From: Callorhinchus milii
Taxonomy: Eukaryota
DNA: 64,000 bases
Assembly: GCF_018977255.1 (NCBI RefSeq)
Contig: NW_024704747.1
Span: 19,468,001-19,532,000, forward strand
Reading direction: 5' to 3'
In this document: piece by piece, positions 40,756 through 54,420 of the stretch
How the letters are laid out: the number at the start of each line of letters is the position of its first letter
Numbering within the stretch: the first letter of the stretch is position 1
The notes under the pieces: generated by a model
The model's database searches: none
What the model saw: only the letters and a program-made list of their open reading frames with translations
What the model was told of the DNA's origin: nothing
Program-made: the position numbers and the translations under genes

Positions 40756-41082
40756 AATAATAATAATAATAATAATAATCCTTGCATTTGATGTAGCGCT
40801 TTTCACGTCAGGAGGACGTCCCAAAGCGCTTCACAGAACACACTGTAAAGTGAATTGACTGTATATTTGTGGGCGAACGCGGCAGCCAATTGCGCACAGC
40901 AATGTCCCACAAACAGTCATGGGTTGAAAATGACCAATTTATTATTGTTTTTGGTTTTGGAGGGATTATTATTAGGCTCTGTGTGGAGTAAGGAAACTTC
41001 CCCAAGGTTTCGCCCTGCCTGGAATTGAACTCGGGTCTCTCGCTTGCAAAGCGAGTGCTCAACCATTGAGCTACAGGACTCC
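40756..41082 (-). mobile_element. Full-length young tRNA(Ala)-derived SINE
   Basis: Box A TAGCTCAATGG, anticodon arm CTCGC-TTTGCAA-GCGAG, box B GAGTTCAATTCC, Deu 3' core, L2-like tail, (ATT)8. Confidence 0.92.
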
Positions 41083-42879
41083 ACCTAAATACCTATTCCT
41101 CAAATAATTCCCAATGAAAGCTCATAGATCAAACGTGATGTCATATCTTAAAGCAATCAAAGAGCCTGAAATATATGTACCCTGGGCTTGACAGTCTCTG
41201 CTTGAAGTCTGTTTTACAAACAATTAATGTTGACAGGCAATGGGACTACAAAAGCAGTCAGAACCTAAGTGATGTCTATGATCCCAAGTGCAGTCAGAAA
41301 AAAATCTTGAAACATGAGCCACAAATAAACTATTGGCCTTTCAACTAAGGGCTTGCAAACATTTTCTATGAAACTGCAATAGAAGAGGTTCGTTTGGAGG
41401 AACTTGCTTGTTGGGAACCATATGATCTGGTACTAATTCATTCCTCATGCATTCTGTTGAAATGGAACAACTTAATCGAAGAAGATGGAAGGTTTCCTCC
41501 ACAAATACTTGTCCCAATCGGACAATCCAACTTTATCTGAGGCACTGATAATGCCACAGTCAGTGAGAGGGAATTAAACTCAAGTCTTAGATGTTCAATG
41601 TTATATCTCTCAGATCCACTGGTGGCCACATCCACTTAAAAGCTATTGGTGGAAAATCAGACGGTATAGAGATTTAATCACAAATATAAATCAGCAGTCT
41701 AATGGACAACTTTATTTGGGATCAGTGAGAATCTGTGCTGCAGTAATTTACATTCCAGTCACAGAATATAAATGCATAATTCTCACAGGGTAACTCTCTG
41801 GTTTCAAATTGACAGATTGTAAGAGGTTATTATGTAGAACTGATCTGGATCTTGTTACACTGGAGATTGTGTGAGATAACGAGGAAACAGTCAAGGATGC
41901 ATCGCTACTACTCCTTGAGGCAAAGTAAAAGAGGTAATACTCCCAAACAATTGCTCTTTGTCATAGTCAAGATCCAACTAAAACCTGCCAGAGTACATGT
42001 GCAATGACATTTTCACATTTGGTAACAAACATAGGCACATTTAGTAAGACAATTGCACTCACAAAAACAACATTAATATGAAATAATTTGATCCCTGTAC
42101 ACAAACCACTATTACCCTTCATTTGCACATCTGCAACTACAAAACCAGTCGCTACACGTTACTTGTGTAGTGCATAATTAGGTAACACACAAGAGTTCAT
42201 CAGAGGAACAGCCTTTGGACTTGGGTTGAAAATCTTCTCTTTCTTCCAGAAGTAAAGCTCCAAAGTGATTTTTTTGGCAATCTTAATGCAAAATAATGGC
42301 TGCATTTCACAAACCCAGCTCATAACTTCAGTAACAACTTAGCCGTCTATGCACACAGAGACAGGCAACGCATGAAGCCACTTAAAGGCTGGAATTGGCC
42401 ATGTTGAAAGGGCTATTAACATCATTATGTTCACCTGAATGCATTCGGTGTGATACTGGGTGCAAAGGGTGGGAAAATATTCAATTCCCTAATGAAACTA
42501 ATAGGAAATAGGTTCAGAAAGGGAAATTATTTCTCCCAGACAGGACACATTTCATTTTTGTTCGTGTTGCTTTCACTCGAAGTACATAAAACAACCAGAT
42601 TTGTTGAATGATACTTAATTACTCAAATAGTTCATGTGAGAAATGCATCTTACAACTACAGTATTGACAGGCTACTGGTGCTTGAAGCAAACTGAAAGGA
42701 AGCAGATATGCCCCCTAGTGCTGAATAATGCCGTGTATAACATCTTTCTCCTTTGAAAGGGGATTATTTTACAATAATCCCAACAAATCCTATTTAGAGA
42801 TGTGCCTCACTTCCAATAATATCTTGCTTTTGCTTCCCCTTTCCATCTTGCCATTGGTCTTCTTGCTAGAACTCACATA

Positions 42880-43210
42880 CAAATAATTACATTGTCAAAA
42901 CCTCACAAAGGACTTGACAGGATTTACTGTTGAATATAGTGACTGTCTTTTATTAGTGAATGCACCAGCTAATTTGTGCACAGCAATGTCCACAAACTAC
43001 CATGAAGTAAATAACCAATTTTATCTGGAGGATTATTGGTCCGGACACTAGGATAAATTCCCTTCTCTGTTTGAATACTACCTTTAACATCCACCTACAC
43101 AGAGAAACTGGGACTTTGGTTTAATGTCTGATCCAAAGGAAAGCACCTCCAATGATACAATGCACTCCCAGCACTGCACTGGAGTGTCAGCCTGGACTAT
43201 GAGCTCAAGT
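42880..43210 (-). mobile_element. Deu SINE, degenerate
   Basis: Core motifs ...ggtttaatgtctgatccaaaggaaagcacctcc...gcactggagtgtcagcc. Confidence 0.7.
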
Positions 43211-44659
43211 GAACATTGGTTCCTGATTATAATAAGAGCAAAAGCAATTTGGAATGTTGAAGAAGCCCAAACTTTGTTGGTATAAAGAAATGAGCACCAA
43301 TTAATTGAGTTTTCTGATCAGCAGCACTTGAACAGTTAACAATGAGAGAATCTTGTGCTGGAGATGGGACTTCATAACTAGTAGATTTATTGTGCATTCC
43401 AAAAACTGGAGCATTCACCCTCAAAAGCTGCCAATTTCTTGCAAAGGGAAATCTTTCACTTAATGCATTTTTGTCATGGAAAAAGTAATTGTGCTGCACT
43501 ATGTGTCATGGATGTGCTTAATAGGGGAATGATGTTGAGAATTAGGAAGATTGCGGTCTCCCTATATTTTATACTCCACCATCTATTAACCTCCCTGGAA
43601 AGTGGCGAGGATTACTTATCACAAATTGCTTTCCTTTCTAGCCTGCTCTGTTCATTCATTCAGCTAGAGGATGATTGAAATATGCTGCAATTTATGCTCC
43701 GCTGTGATACAGACTACAAAATCATTCTTGAACCACAATGTATTGTATAATGAGCTCAAGCAATGCTCATTTTCAACTATAAATCTTCAATGAAGTTCCA
43801 ATACCCTAATAAAACATGTCAAATATCTGTCCGCAATGTTGTTCTCTCCCCTTGCCCCAACCCTTGCCGAGGTGGATACAATTCCTCAAACACAATGTTA
43901 TTTTAATATTGTTGCAGTACATCCCATCAAACTATGTTCATAACAGATGCACCTAGACACCAATAATTTCTAAAGAACCAGGAGCATGGAAAACTAGTCT
44001 AAAAATGTAAATTGGCACAGAAAGCTCATTTCTTTCTTTCCAGTGGAAATAAGGGCAGCTAATTTTTGCTTTGACGAACAGGCTGGAGATACTGATGTCA
44101 ACCACAGCTGTTTTTGATTTCCTTTCGGCAACATTCCTGCATTTAAACTGTACATGAAATTGACATGCGCTTTTCTGAAATGGTAACATTCAAAGGTCAA
44201 GATGGGGTGGGGGAGGCAAAGGGTAATAAAAGGAAAGGAAACATATTAAGAAGACTTTGCAAACTCAATGAAGATTATTTGTGTGACGCAGTAAACTTAA
44301 ATCTTGCACAGATGTCCCATTTAAAATAACACTAAACTACTGGAGAAATGTGACCCTTCATTGCCATATTTGTCATATACTGGATTTGCTTCGCAGGTTG
44401 AGTGATTTTTGTACTTTTTGCCTATTTAATGCCTTGTGGTCCACTTTCCCAGCAATGAGGTGAACCTTTGGAAGGGAAGGAATCCACTGTGTCCAATTCA
44501 TACCAATTGAAGAAACAGTTGGACAGGTATTTAATACAATACCAGAAAAAATAACTGGTGAAAATCCAGTTACTGAGCAGATTCATTGATTTAATGAGGA
44601 CAAACTAAATAAAATGTAACATATTATTTCATCAAAGTGGTAAAGACTTGGTATAAGAA

Positions 44660-44872
44660 TATAATAATAAGGATCCTTGCATTTGCTATAGGGCCTTATC
44701 ACGTCATTGAGACGTCTTAAAGAACTTTGCAGGATATACTGTAAAGTGATGTAACTGTGTGTATTTTGTGGGCGAATGTGGCAGTCAATTTGAGCACAGC
44801 AATGCCCCACAAACAGCCATGAGTTAACGACCAATTTTATTTGGAAGATTGTTGGTCAGGACACCAGGAGAA
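44660..44872 (-). mobile_element. Deu SINE 3' half
   Basis: Tail and core in reverse complement. Confidence 0.75.
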
Positions 44873-45639
44873 AGAGCTCAGTGAATCTAGGCATCAAATA
44901 AAGCACACAATTCACACAGATTCCAACTTCTACCTGCCATTCATCATATGCCCATTGGATTTGGGCTGCCAAAATGTTGATGCTGCATTTTATGCTTCTT
45001 TAAGGGGCTTTCTATAAGACCCCTTCATTCACCTCTTTATTATCTTCTCTTATAATATTATATCAGTTTGATATTATGCACTCTCCTTTAATCATGCATA
45101 TGTGATAGAGCAGAAGATGTATTACATAGAAGCTTTCCATTCAGTGCATTTGTTGATGGGAGTGTTGTTACAAAGGGAATGGTTGTTGTTTTGTCCACAA
45201 TTTTCCACAGCACTGGGACTGAGGGGAAGCAGTTGCCACTAGTTTAAAAATGCATTACATTCAGGATGCCCATTTAGAGATTGAAAACATTTACTCGGAA
45301 TAGGTGTTCAAAACATCAGAGAGTTGAAAAATGCAGCCCAAGCTACAGAGGATATTTCTTCCACAGGATCATATCCTTGCAGGGCAGATAGATATTAACT
45401 GAATTTTTCATTCACTTTGTGGTCAATTAAGCTTCCGAGGGAGAACATTAATTAAGTTCTGCCCAAACAGCTGCAGGCTTGTTAAATCCACCCAACCTCA
45501 ATTCAAAGCGGTCGTTGCTTTTAACCATAAAGTTGTTCCGAGTGAGCACAGAGAAAAAACAGCTTCATCTCTTAATGCAATTCTCATTAAGAGAATAAAC
45601 CTTCTGATCATCCTGACGAGCTGGTACCTCTGACGTGGC

Positions 45640-45920
45640 TGAAATAGGTTTAAACCATGGTCTGCTCCTGTTCAGATGAACTTGAAAGACCCCATGGGGC
45701 TATTCGAAAAGAGCGGCGGTTTCTCCACAGTGTCTTGGCCAGCAATCCTCCCGATAAAACATTGGTCATTCACCCATGGCTGTTTGTGGGACATTGCTGG
45801 GTGAACGTTGGCTGCTGAACTCTCCCACAAAATGCACAGTCACTCCACTCTATAGCATTTATCCACAAAACACTTTCAAACATTTTGACGTTGTAGGGCC
45901 AAATGAAAGGATTATTACTT
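45640..45920 (+). mobile_element. Deu SINE core and tail, degenerate
   Basis: ttaaaccatggtctg...aagaccccatggggctattcgaa...ggctgtttgtgggacattgctg. Confidence 0.7.
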
Positions 45921-47949
45921 TTTACTGTTATAAATAATTACTTAAAAGCAAAACACATAATGGAGAATATTCTTAATTAAAAATGAAATGGGCGATCAAT
46001 TAATCTGGAGGATTATTGGCCAGGGCACTTGGAGAAATTCCCTTCTTTTAGTGAATAATGTCATGGCTTCTTCAACACCAGAAACATAATAATAAAGAGC
46101 AGAAGAAGCTATTCGACAGTTCTTCAGAATGCTATCCAGTGTGAAGGGCACCATAGAAATGCAAGTTGTGATAATAGTTCACAAACTCTCCAACACATTA
46201 TCCAGTGAAAGGTCAGTTAGTGTTATCGAGTGCTAGTTTTGCTTTCAATACTGATGCTCTGGATGGTTGCCTTTACCTCCCAGAACTGTGGAGACTCCTG
46301 TATTACGTAGGGTGGTGTGTATTGACTGAGTTTATGCAAGGGGACAAGAAATGAGATGGGCTGCAATGACCCTGGAGGTTGAAGAGTCTGCTATCAGTCA
46401 CTCTCTAACCTCAGTTATGAAGAACAGTCTCTTGGTCAACGATGCTTGTCCTTTAGGATTATCCTGGCATTCATCATTTGCTTTGGGAATGTTAAGAGCA
46501 AAATTGGGAATAAACATGTCTATTATGTAGAAACATTTCAGTTCAAGTAATAAGAACAAGCAATTCCTTCTGAATTAATGAACTGCAAGTGGTTCCACTG
46601 GCTCCAGGGTTGAATATATATAATAGTACAATACTGTGCTGTAATCCTCAATCAGTATTTGACTGCTGAACCTAAATATGAATTGTATTTGTTCAAATTG
46701 TGTTGCGGTTCTCGTGCTCTGTACACAGAGGGCAGTGTGGTACTGTGGCTGACTGTGGCTGAAATAGGGTTAAATCGAGGTCTGTGCCTCTTCAGGTGGA
46801 TGGTAAAGACCTATTCGAAAAAGAGAAGGGAGTTTCCTTGCTAAATCACTCTCTCTTATTATTTCCCCATTCTCCATAATGTTTTTGTCTTGTGAAAAAT
46901 AATTCAGCACCATCTAGATCTATGGGATGTGATATTAGTAGGGTCCTCAAGAACTGCTGAATTAACAATGAGGTTTCGGGGATTCAGATTGCACTTCACT
47001 AGTGCAAGGTGTGAATCGCACACTTCGTGCAACCCACATGTGTTATTTTGCCACTGCCAAGCCCCACTCTTTATAGTTTCAAATTGAGCTATTAGTTTTC
47101 GAGAGCGCTGGCAACAGTGTAATTGTTTTGGATTGCAATCTGGAACCCAACTCCAACAGCAAAAGCTTGTGGCCTTTATCATGTGTTTGAGCCCAAAATG
47201 AGGCTGCAGCCTTGAAAATACTCCTAGGTTTGTGCGTGTGTGCGTTTTTTATATGATTTTGAAGTACACACTGTGCAGTTTGCAGTGCTTAAATTGTTAG
47301 TGATCAATGCACCTAGTTAATCATCCTGGTTATATCACACAAAGCTGTCGTTCGTACTTGTGAGAGATGCCGGCTTAGTCATTGGCAAGAGCCCTTCAAT
47401 TTCACCAACTGCGTTGACCGCTCACAGACGTACACAGCACAACTAAGTGAAATTACGTTTCTCATGGTGCACAGATCCTAGCTTTTTAATCCCCGTTCCC
47501 CCAGTTGGCCACCAAGAGAGTAACTGGCTGCAAAAGCTGAGTTCTCCCTTCATCACACCAGCAAAATAAATGCTGTAGCTGTATCTGGTGTATCTAATGC
47601 TATGGAATTCTACCATGAAACAATACAGCTTGAATAAGTGTTTTGAGGGCCATCAGAATTGCTTTGACAACTTTCAGCAGTCAATTTTGAAATTATCCCC
47701 AAATATTTTACTTTTTCTGCTTCCTATGAGAAAATCATCATATCCGAGTTTAATAATTGTGACCTATTTTAGACTCATTTTCCCTAAAGGTGTATGAATT
47801 TTACACTTTGAATTCTCGTTGTTGTTACCACCTGGAAGGGTGGTTGAAGCCTGCACCCTGTTCTTTTGCAAACCAGCTTGATTTTATAATGGGAAGAATG
47901 TATGTTGGGATCAAATGGGCCGAAGGGTCTCTTCATACAAGAGTCTCCG

Positions 47950-48107
47950 TGCCTTCAGCTCCCTTCTCGACTCTCTACCCCCTCCTCGCTCCCTCCCTTC
48001 CCTCCCCTCACCCTGACCATTTCCCCCCTGCTCGGGTCCTGACCCAACTGTCCAACACCTTGGGACGTCCTCCCGAAACGAAATCTTGTTGTTGTTGTTG
48101 TTGTTAA
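47950..48107 (+). mobile_element. L2 3' tail
   Basis: Near reverse complement of 30892-31070; ends in (GTT)n. Confidence 0.8.
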
Positions 48108-48954
48108 TTCCTGTTTATGTCCTTCGTGATTGAATTGCGTTATGTATATATATTCCCAAACCAGCTGTGGCTTCCTGCCACTCAGCAAACATAATGCCTT
48201 GGAAAATCTCCTTTAAAAATATATATATTTTTAGATTTCTGACGTCCTTTACATAAAGCAGCATTTCCCTTTTCCCATGGATTGCTGAAATGCCACACTG
48301 TCAAAACAAGCTTTCAGCTGCTAATAGTTTCCAGATTTACCCTGGTTTGTACTTGTGTATATTTAACAAAAATACACATATATATATATAAACTAGCTGC
48401 GCATTTGACAATGACTTGAGAATTGAAAAATGCTTTCCAATTTGCTGTGCGTACGAGATGCACTTACGACTACAAGCAGACTTTGAGATCATTAATGCTT
48501 TCTTTTTCTGGTGTTATTTCGGGATCGACAACCAGATTACATCACAAGGTTACAAGGATAATCTTGCACGAACTGTAATACGAAAAAACAATTTAATCCT
48601 CTGGTGTGAGATAAACCTTCACTGTCTTCATAAATTTATACAAAAAAGAAGCAGATTGGAGAAAGCTTTGAAGTCTTCTTGCTTTTCTGAAGGGGGGCGG
48701 GTGGCACTGAATAATAGACATGGGACATGGTACTACTGGAGGACAAATTAGCTGATATAGTAATAAAGTATGAGCACAGATTTGCGGAAGAATCAAAATA
48801 ATGAATATTTCAGTTCTGCTTCCTGCTACTATTTTTCGGGGTGGGAGGGAGGGAGGGGGAAGAGTTTTGCTTTAGTTGGAATGAAAACATCTCCATCCTC
48901 TGACAGGGCTCTCCTTTCCCCTCCAATTCTCAATCACATCCAGTTCATAGCAGA

Positions 48955-49210
48955 GGAACATCAAGAAACAATAACAGGAGGAAGCCATTCAGCCCACCTA
49001 GCCTGTTTTTGGCAGATCTTTTCAACCCAATGTCCAACCTTTTCCTATACCCTTGAATACATCTATCACCCTGTATATGTCTCTTTTAAACATTTCTATT
49101 AATTCCCCCTCTACAGCTTTCTGGGGCAGAGCATTCCAGTGGAACCAATTGAAATTTACTTACATGCAGAGGAAGGCCACTTGGCCCATTTTCACAACAC
49201 TTTGTGTGAA
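48955..49210 (-). mobile_element. CR1 3' fragment just downstream of crystallin A
   Basis: acaggaggaagccattcagccc...acagctttctggggcagagcattcca. Confidence 0.65.
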
Positions 49211-49269
49211 GAAGCACAAACAAAATCAACAAGAAAATACTTAAAGCGAAATGATGTCTGAAATCTACT

Positions 49270-49275
49270 TTTATT
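49270..49275 (-). terminator. Polyadenylation signal of crystallin A
   Basis: AATAAA about 45 nt after the stop codon. Confidence 0.7.
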
Positions 49276-49320
49276 TTCTGCTATTTGCTTTTTAATGGAT
49301 ATCCATGAGGTTTAAGAAGT

Positions 49321-49596
49321 TTAGAAGTCTGTGATACGACGGAAAGCACCAACTGTGGCTCCGCTTGCTCCCCAATCACTGAATCGCTTGTATTCCCCAG
49401 GTCTAAGGAAGTACTGTTTGCCTTTGTAGTTGGGATGTTCGTAGAAGGTCCAGTAGCCATCCATTACATGGCAGGAGTGGATGTCGTGGTGGCGGAATCG
49501 TTCGTACACAGATGGGCAGTCATCCAGAAACTCCATCATGGACCCTCCCAATTCAGCTCTCTCGTAAACCTTTATTTTGTACGATGCCCCGCTAGT
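49321..49596 (-). CDS. CRYG: Gamma-crystallin A exon 3 (linker and Greek keys 3-4)
   Basis: Lies within ORF 49321..49623; TTTCACAG acceptor, TAA stop, 276 nt. Confidence 0.97.
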   Translation of the reverse strand, partial: TSGASYKIKVYERAELGGSMMEFLDDCPSVYERFRHHDIHSCHVMDGYWTFYEHPNYKGKQYFLRPGEYKRFSDWGASGATVGAFRRITDF

Positions 49597-50652
49597 CTGT
49601 GAAATGAAGCAAAGTGTTTTCACTTAATATAAAATATGATACATTATCCTCCCCACTGGCACTCGAGGCCACAGCATTGTTCTCTGAAGGTCACAGAGGA
49701 TGGATGTACTGTTTTTTTGTTGCCTATTCAACTTAACTACCTAACTCTTAAACCACATCATTAAAGAATTCCATTTTCCCTAGCCTTCTCCCATCCACCC
49801 CAAACCTACTAACTGACACTGGGTTTTGGTTCCATCAGGGCCATTGGTTCTCTGATACCCAGTCAAGTGGCTATTCAGGTTAGAGTCAATGTGAGCTAAG
49901 ATCGTGAATGTCATGGCCTTTTCGACTTTTCGAATGTCGTCACAGCCAAATCCAACCCTGTTCTCATCCACCATTTGCCAGCAGTGATCACTGGATAACA
50001 ATGTGAATATTTGGATGAATTTTCCATTCCACAGCCAAGGGAGAGCTGGGACCTAACTCAGAACATACTTTGCATTGAACCTGAGAGGTTCCTGGTTTAC
50101 AGGGCTTGGTATTGCAACTCTGTGAATCAAAGGGGAATTATTTCCCTATAGTAATGCTCAAAATACATTTTAAGGATACGTTTTGTGTATATTGATTAAG
50201 TTAGCTTTGGTTTACACAACAAAGTGCAAACTTTATGGGCAATAATAAAATGTGAACTTAAAGTATTGGCTGGTAAAATAAGGACACATGTGAATAATTA
50301 TATCAGTTCACTTACATAGTTGTACACCCGGCATGATCTGATGCTATCATTAAAGCCCATCCAGCGCTGGTACTCAGGATACTCTCCCCTGGTCAGCACA
50401 TACTGGTATCCCATGTAATTGGGTTTCTCGTACAGAACCCAACAGGCACTGTCGAGGCGGATGGAGTTACAGCGGCTGAAGTATGACTGCAGGTCGGCAC
50501 AGTCAGTGCTGCACTCATAGCGTCGACCCTGGAAGTTCTTGTCCTCGTAGAAGATGACCTGCAGGATTATAAAGCTGTTAGCTAAATTGAAGCACAACCG
50601 GATTGAATAGTGAAACACTTCACAGAAAAGGAATGATTCTTACCTTAGCCAT
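49321..50652 (-). CDS. CRYG: Gamma-crystallin gene A (shark gamma-S1/gamma-M-like), join complement(50644..50652, 50316..50558, 49321..49596), 175 aa
   Basis: Exon 1 ATG GCT AAG|GTAAG. Exon 2 is 243 nt (cag|[20 protein letters not shown]...[10 protein letters not shown]|gtaag). Exon 3 is 276 nt (cag|[13 protein letters not shown]...[13 protein letters not shown]). Four Greek-key motifs and the classic 3-codon/81-codon/terminal exon layout. Symbol is family-level only. Confidence 0.96.
50316..50558 (-). CDS. CRYG: Gamma-crystallin A exon 2 (Greek keys 1-2)
   Basis: Lies within ORF 50298..50618; CTGCAG acceptor, GTAAGT donor, 243 nt. Confidence 0.97.
50644..50652 (-). CDS. CRYG: Gamma-crystallin A exon 1 coding part (MAK)
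   Basis: Minus strand AAAATGGCTAAG|GTAAGA, about 55 nt downstream of TATAAAA. Confidence 0.9.
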
Positions 50653-50705
50653 TTTGATGACAATCCCTAAGTTGCAGCCGTGTGCCACAGTTAGAAGAGG
50701 CAGCC

Positions 50706-50712
50706 TTTTATA
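50706..50712 (-). promoter_or_regulatory. TATA box of crystallin A
   Basis: TATAAAA on the minus strand, about 55 nt upstream of the ATG. Confidence 0.8.
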
Positions 50713-51154
50713 CACCAAAAGTTTGTTATTTTATCAAAGAATTCGAAAACTTTTTCCAATTCAGCAGATTCCTCCGTGACATGTCTTGCACTCTTTGCTG
50801 GCAAACACTTGACTTATTGATGCATGAAGTACAGACCAAGTACCAGTGTTTGTTCAGTGGATTTAGACATCCACCCACAGACAGTCACCATGAGAGGCTA
50901 CAAAGGCAACACCGTTTTCTACTTTCATTTAAAATATCAAGCTCACGAATAAATGGAAAATAATTTTGTTTGAAGCTGTTGATTTTCGTTGCACACATTA
51001 AACAAAGTAAAACATTGAGGAGGTTTTGAATGCTGATCCTTTTTTGTTTTAAGAATGAAAATTTATTTTTATATTGGATAAGCATGAAGTCACAGTAATT
51101 ATATCTTTTTGTAGTTTACAGTAATATGTGAAGGATTGTGAACTTTGAACTCTC

Positions 51155-51507
51155 GATTTTGAGCTCACAGTCTAGGATAACAAACCAATATTGTGTTGGG
51201 GGCATGATCCATTGCTGGAGGTGCCTTCTTTCCAATGAAATGTTCAGCCGAGGTCCCATCTGCCTAGTCAGGTGGACGTTAAAGATCCCATAGTACGACT
51301 CAAAAAGAGAAGGGAGTTTTTCCTGGTGTCCTGGCCAACAATTGGGCATTCACTTCATTACTGTTTGTGGAACATTACTGTGTGCAAATTGACTGCTGCG
51401 TCCACCCACAAAATACTCCGTTTCTACACTTTACAACAAATGCAGTGAAATACGTTGAGACATCCTCCTGCTGCGAAAGGTGTTATAACAAAAGCAAGGA
51501 TTATTAG
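51155..51507 (+). mobile_element. Deu SINE upstream of crystallin A
   Basis: ggaggtgccttctttccaatgaaatgttcagccgagg...ggtggacgttaaagatccca, then tail. Confidence 0.8.
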
Positions 51508-54420
51508 AAAGTTACTATTTGGGCTGATTATGATGGACTGATATTGCTATTTACCACTTCAGATGATTGACTGCAACTGGGCCATTCATCAATTGCTGAC
51601 ATGTTGCACAACTGCACAATGAATGACCTTTCGTCACTTTTATATCTAAAAATAAAAAGCGTGAAGTCATTAAAGTTAACAGATGAAAGATAAATCTAAT
51701 CACTGGCAGCATTTCCTGTACATTTTTATATGCGGTAAATCTTCAGTCACTGAACCATTCATTGAACACTTCTACAAAATGGTTTTGCTGAAAATCCTTA
51801 CCAGAAGGAACTGCTCAGGACAGAAACTGAAGGTAGGAACGGTTTAAAAGTGCTCGAGAACAGATCGGTTCCCCATTTCCCTTCACCTATTGCTAAATAT
51901 GACATTTGTTTAGTGTATGATTGATCGCAAAGGCTGCTTTCACACACTTCCTTGCAAACTATTACAGTAAAACAAGAGCAGCAAATTTCAGGAATGTCAT
52001 TGTTTGTAAATACTGGGTTTTGGCTGAAAGTCCTGAAAGGCCTTATAATCGTTTTCATATATTGTTGCCAAAATGCAGCAGTTACAACAACAACTTGCAT
52101 TTATATAGCACCTTTCACATGGTAGTGTCTTGGAGCGCTTAATAGTGGCGGAGCCTAATGATAAACCGGGGGGATGGAGGAGATGACCGTAAGCGTGGTT
52201 GAAGAGGAAGGTCTTTAGTCGTGATCTAAGGAGGGGGCACGGCAGAATTTAATTGGAAAGCGTTCCAAAGCTTTGGTGCATAGAGGCTGAAAATTTTGAA
52301 ATTTGCTGTTCTTGTTTTACAGTAATTTTTCCATGTTAATCCTGTCGTCATCCCCAGACCTGCTCTTTCAGCTGACAAGGTTGGGTTGACAACACAAGGG
52401 TCAAAGGCATTGACAAAGAGAGTTAAAGATGTTCACTACTAGCACTACACAGCATAATAAATTGATGTTTATTTTAATGTATGTTACAATACGTTTAAAA
52501 ACATCAAATCAGTCTAGAAGAATTGTCCATACCAAAGTTAGGCAAAGACAGATGCTGAACAACAATTTCTGCTTGAAAATATAGCCATATAATTAGTAAT
52601 AGTACCCAATTGTGCAGATCGCTGAAACAAATGAAGCCCATTGGCATCTGCCTCTCAGCCTGGACTAATTGGTGTGTGTTGTGTGTGTTACTAGTGACCG
52701 GAGAGGTGGATAACAACAAAATCAGCAACTTGTCCCAATGTTGTGCCTTTCTTGTTAAAGATCCTCTCAAAGCTTACTGAATGTTTCTATTACTCCTTTA
52801 ATATAGTGAGGGACAGCAATTTGCCTAACTCCTGAGTGTCTTATTTGTTGATCTGCAGACACAGTGATTGAGAGTATTCGTACCCATCACTGCCAATGGT
52901 GCCCATCAATGTCATTGGTGTGTAATCCTAACTGCTGGACTGTCGATGTAGGTCTTTATGGATTAACTAGCACTGTTCAGTCATAGCCTCCAAGTTAGTA
53001 TTAGTGAAACGGCTTCTCATGCACTGTTCCTCTACTATGGCCAGGGCAGCTCATTCTATTATGATACATCTGCTGCCTGTCTACAAGCTTTTATCCTCAT
53101 TACACTGCAGAAATATTTCCTCTCCACTATGATAAACCTGCCAAAATAGCCAATACACCCAAGCTCTTCAGCAGAACACATTTCTATACCATTCACTTTG
53201 GTTAAACTCACTAACACAAGATCTAACCCAGAACCATACAAATTTACAGTACAGACATAGGTCATTCACCTATCATGACTATGCTGGTTCTTTTCCACAG
53301 CAATCCATTCAGACCCATTTACCTTCCTTTTCCTTATTAACCTTTTCCCCATTTCCCATTAATCTACTTTTCAATGTACCTTCTGCAACTGTGAAATAAT
53401 TTCCTCCTCATCAGCATGTGACAATGACTTAACAAGCTGAAATGGCCTTTTTTCCTCACTTTTCATTCAAGGTTTTAAATGAGTTTCCTGAAAGGTAATA
53501 ATAAACATTCAAAAATTCATTCATTAGTGCTAAGGACCAGCAATTTATTAGTACTGTCTCTTGCTTTGATTTTACACGTCTACACGTTTTTGCTAAAAAC
53601 AGTGAACTCTGGAATGTCAGGCCCTATGTTTAACATGTCCCTCTCATTCATGCCTCAATCAAGAAATTCTATGAAGAAAAACATTTTTAGAACAAAACAG
53701 TTTGTACAATATGATTTGAGCCCAGTATAAAAAATGCTATTGCTATCACAAAGGATGACTGAAGAAAATTGACAACTTTTCTAGTGAAGTACATGCTTTT
53801 GAAAGTGAACAGGAATTTCAGTTTAAGTCAATCCCAAAGCAGTTTTGTACAGGTTATGCTTTGCATGAAAAATAGAGTTAGAGGTGCTCGACTGATCAAA
53901 GGCCTCCACATTCCTTGCAGAAATACGTCTGTTCCATTGATCCATCATAATGAATTGATTTAACATTCCTGGCCGTACAGTACCATGCGTCTTCCAGTAC
54001 ATGTCAGGCCAGACACGAGCAGGTCTATTGTTCTTCTGCCAGTACAATGTAAGGGCTGACATTCTCTTGTCTGGTCAAGCCACAGCTGCTGGCGTTTACT
54101 TTGAAGAGGGAGCATGCTTTTCTCCGATGTGCAAAGTAGCATGGCATGCATTGGTGTTTTAGAGGGTTTACTGTGTCAGTGCACACTTTCTTAAGGTTAA
54201 GAAAACGCGAAACAGGTTTTGCTGAAACCTTCTGGGCTCTGGATTCCGAAAGGGTTCTGATGCATGAAGGTGAACACAATTAATTCAGTTTTCGATTTGA
54301 ATTTCAAATAAAATTTTTGATATGTGAGTAACAGACACAGATACTAAACTGAGTCTCAGAACTCAATTTCCTCACGTCCCATTGTCTTTTGTGAACGACA
54401 TCATGTTACAAAACAAACGC

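Noticed and set aside
41010-41082. tRNA-Ala(TGC)-like cloverleaf on the minus strand
   Set aside because: The T-stem is mismatched and the sequence continues directly into SINE body and tail; it is a SINE head, not a tRNA gene.
46981-47035. Hairpin gattca...ttgcact-tcact-agtgcaa...tgaatc
   Set aside because: Too short and imperfect for a pre-miRNA call; expected by chance in 64 kb.
1-49000. Exons of mammalian CRYG-cluster neighbours (PLEKHM3, C2orf80)
   Set aside because: Looked for by eye in the ORF track and found none; short or non-coding exons could have been missed.
53823-54279. Three overlapping minus-strand ORFs between crystallins A and B
   Set aside because: No crystallin or other recognisable motifs and no convincing splice sites.
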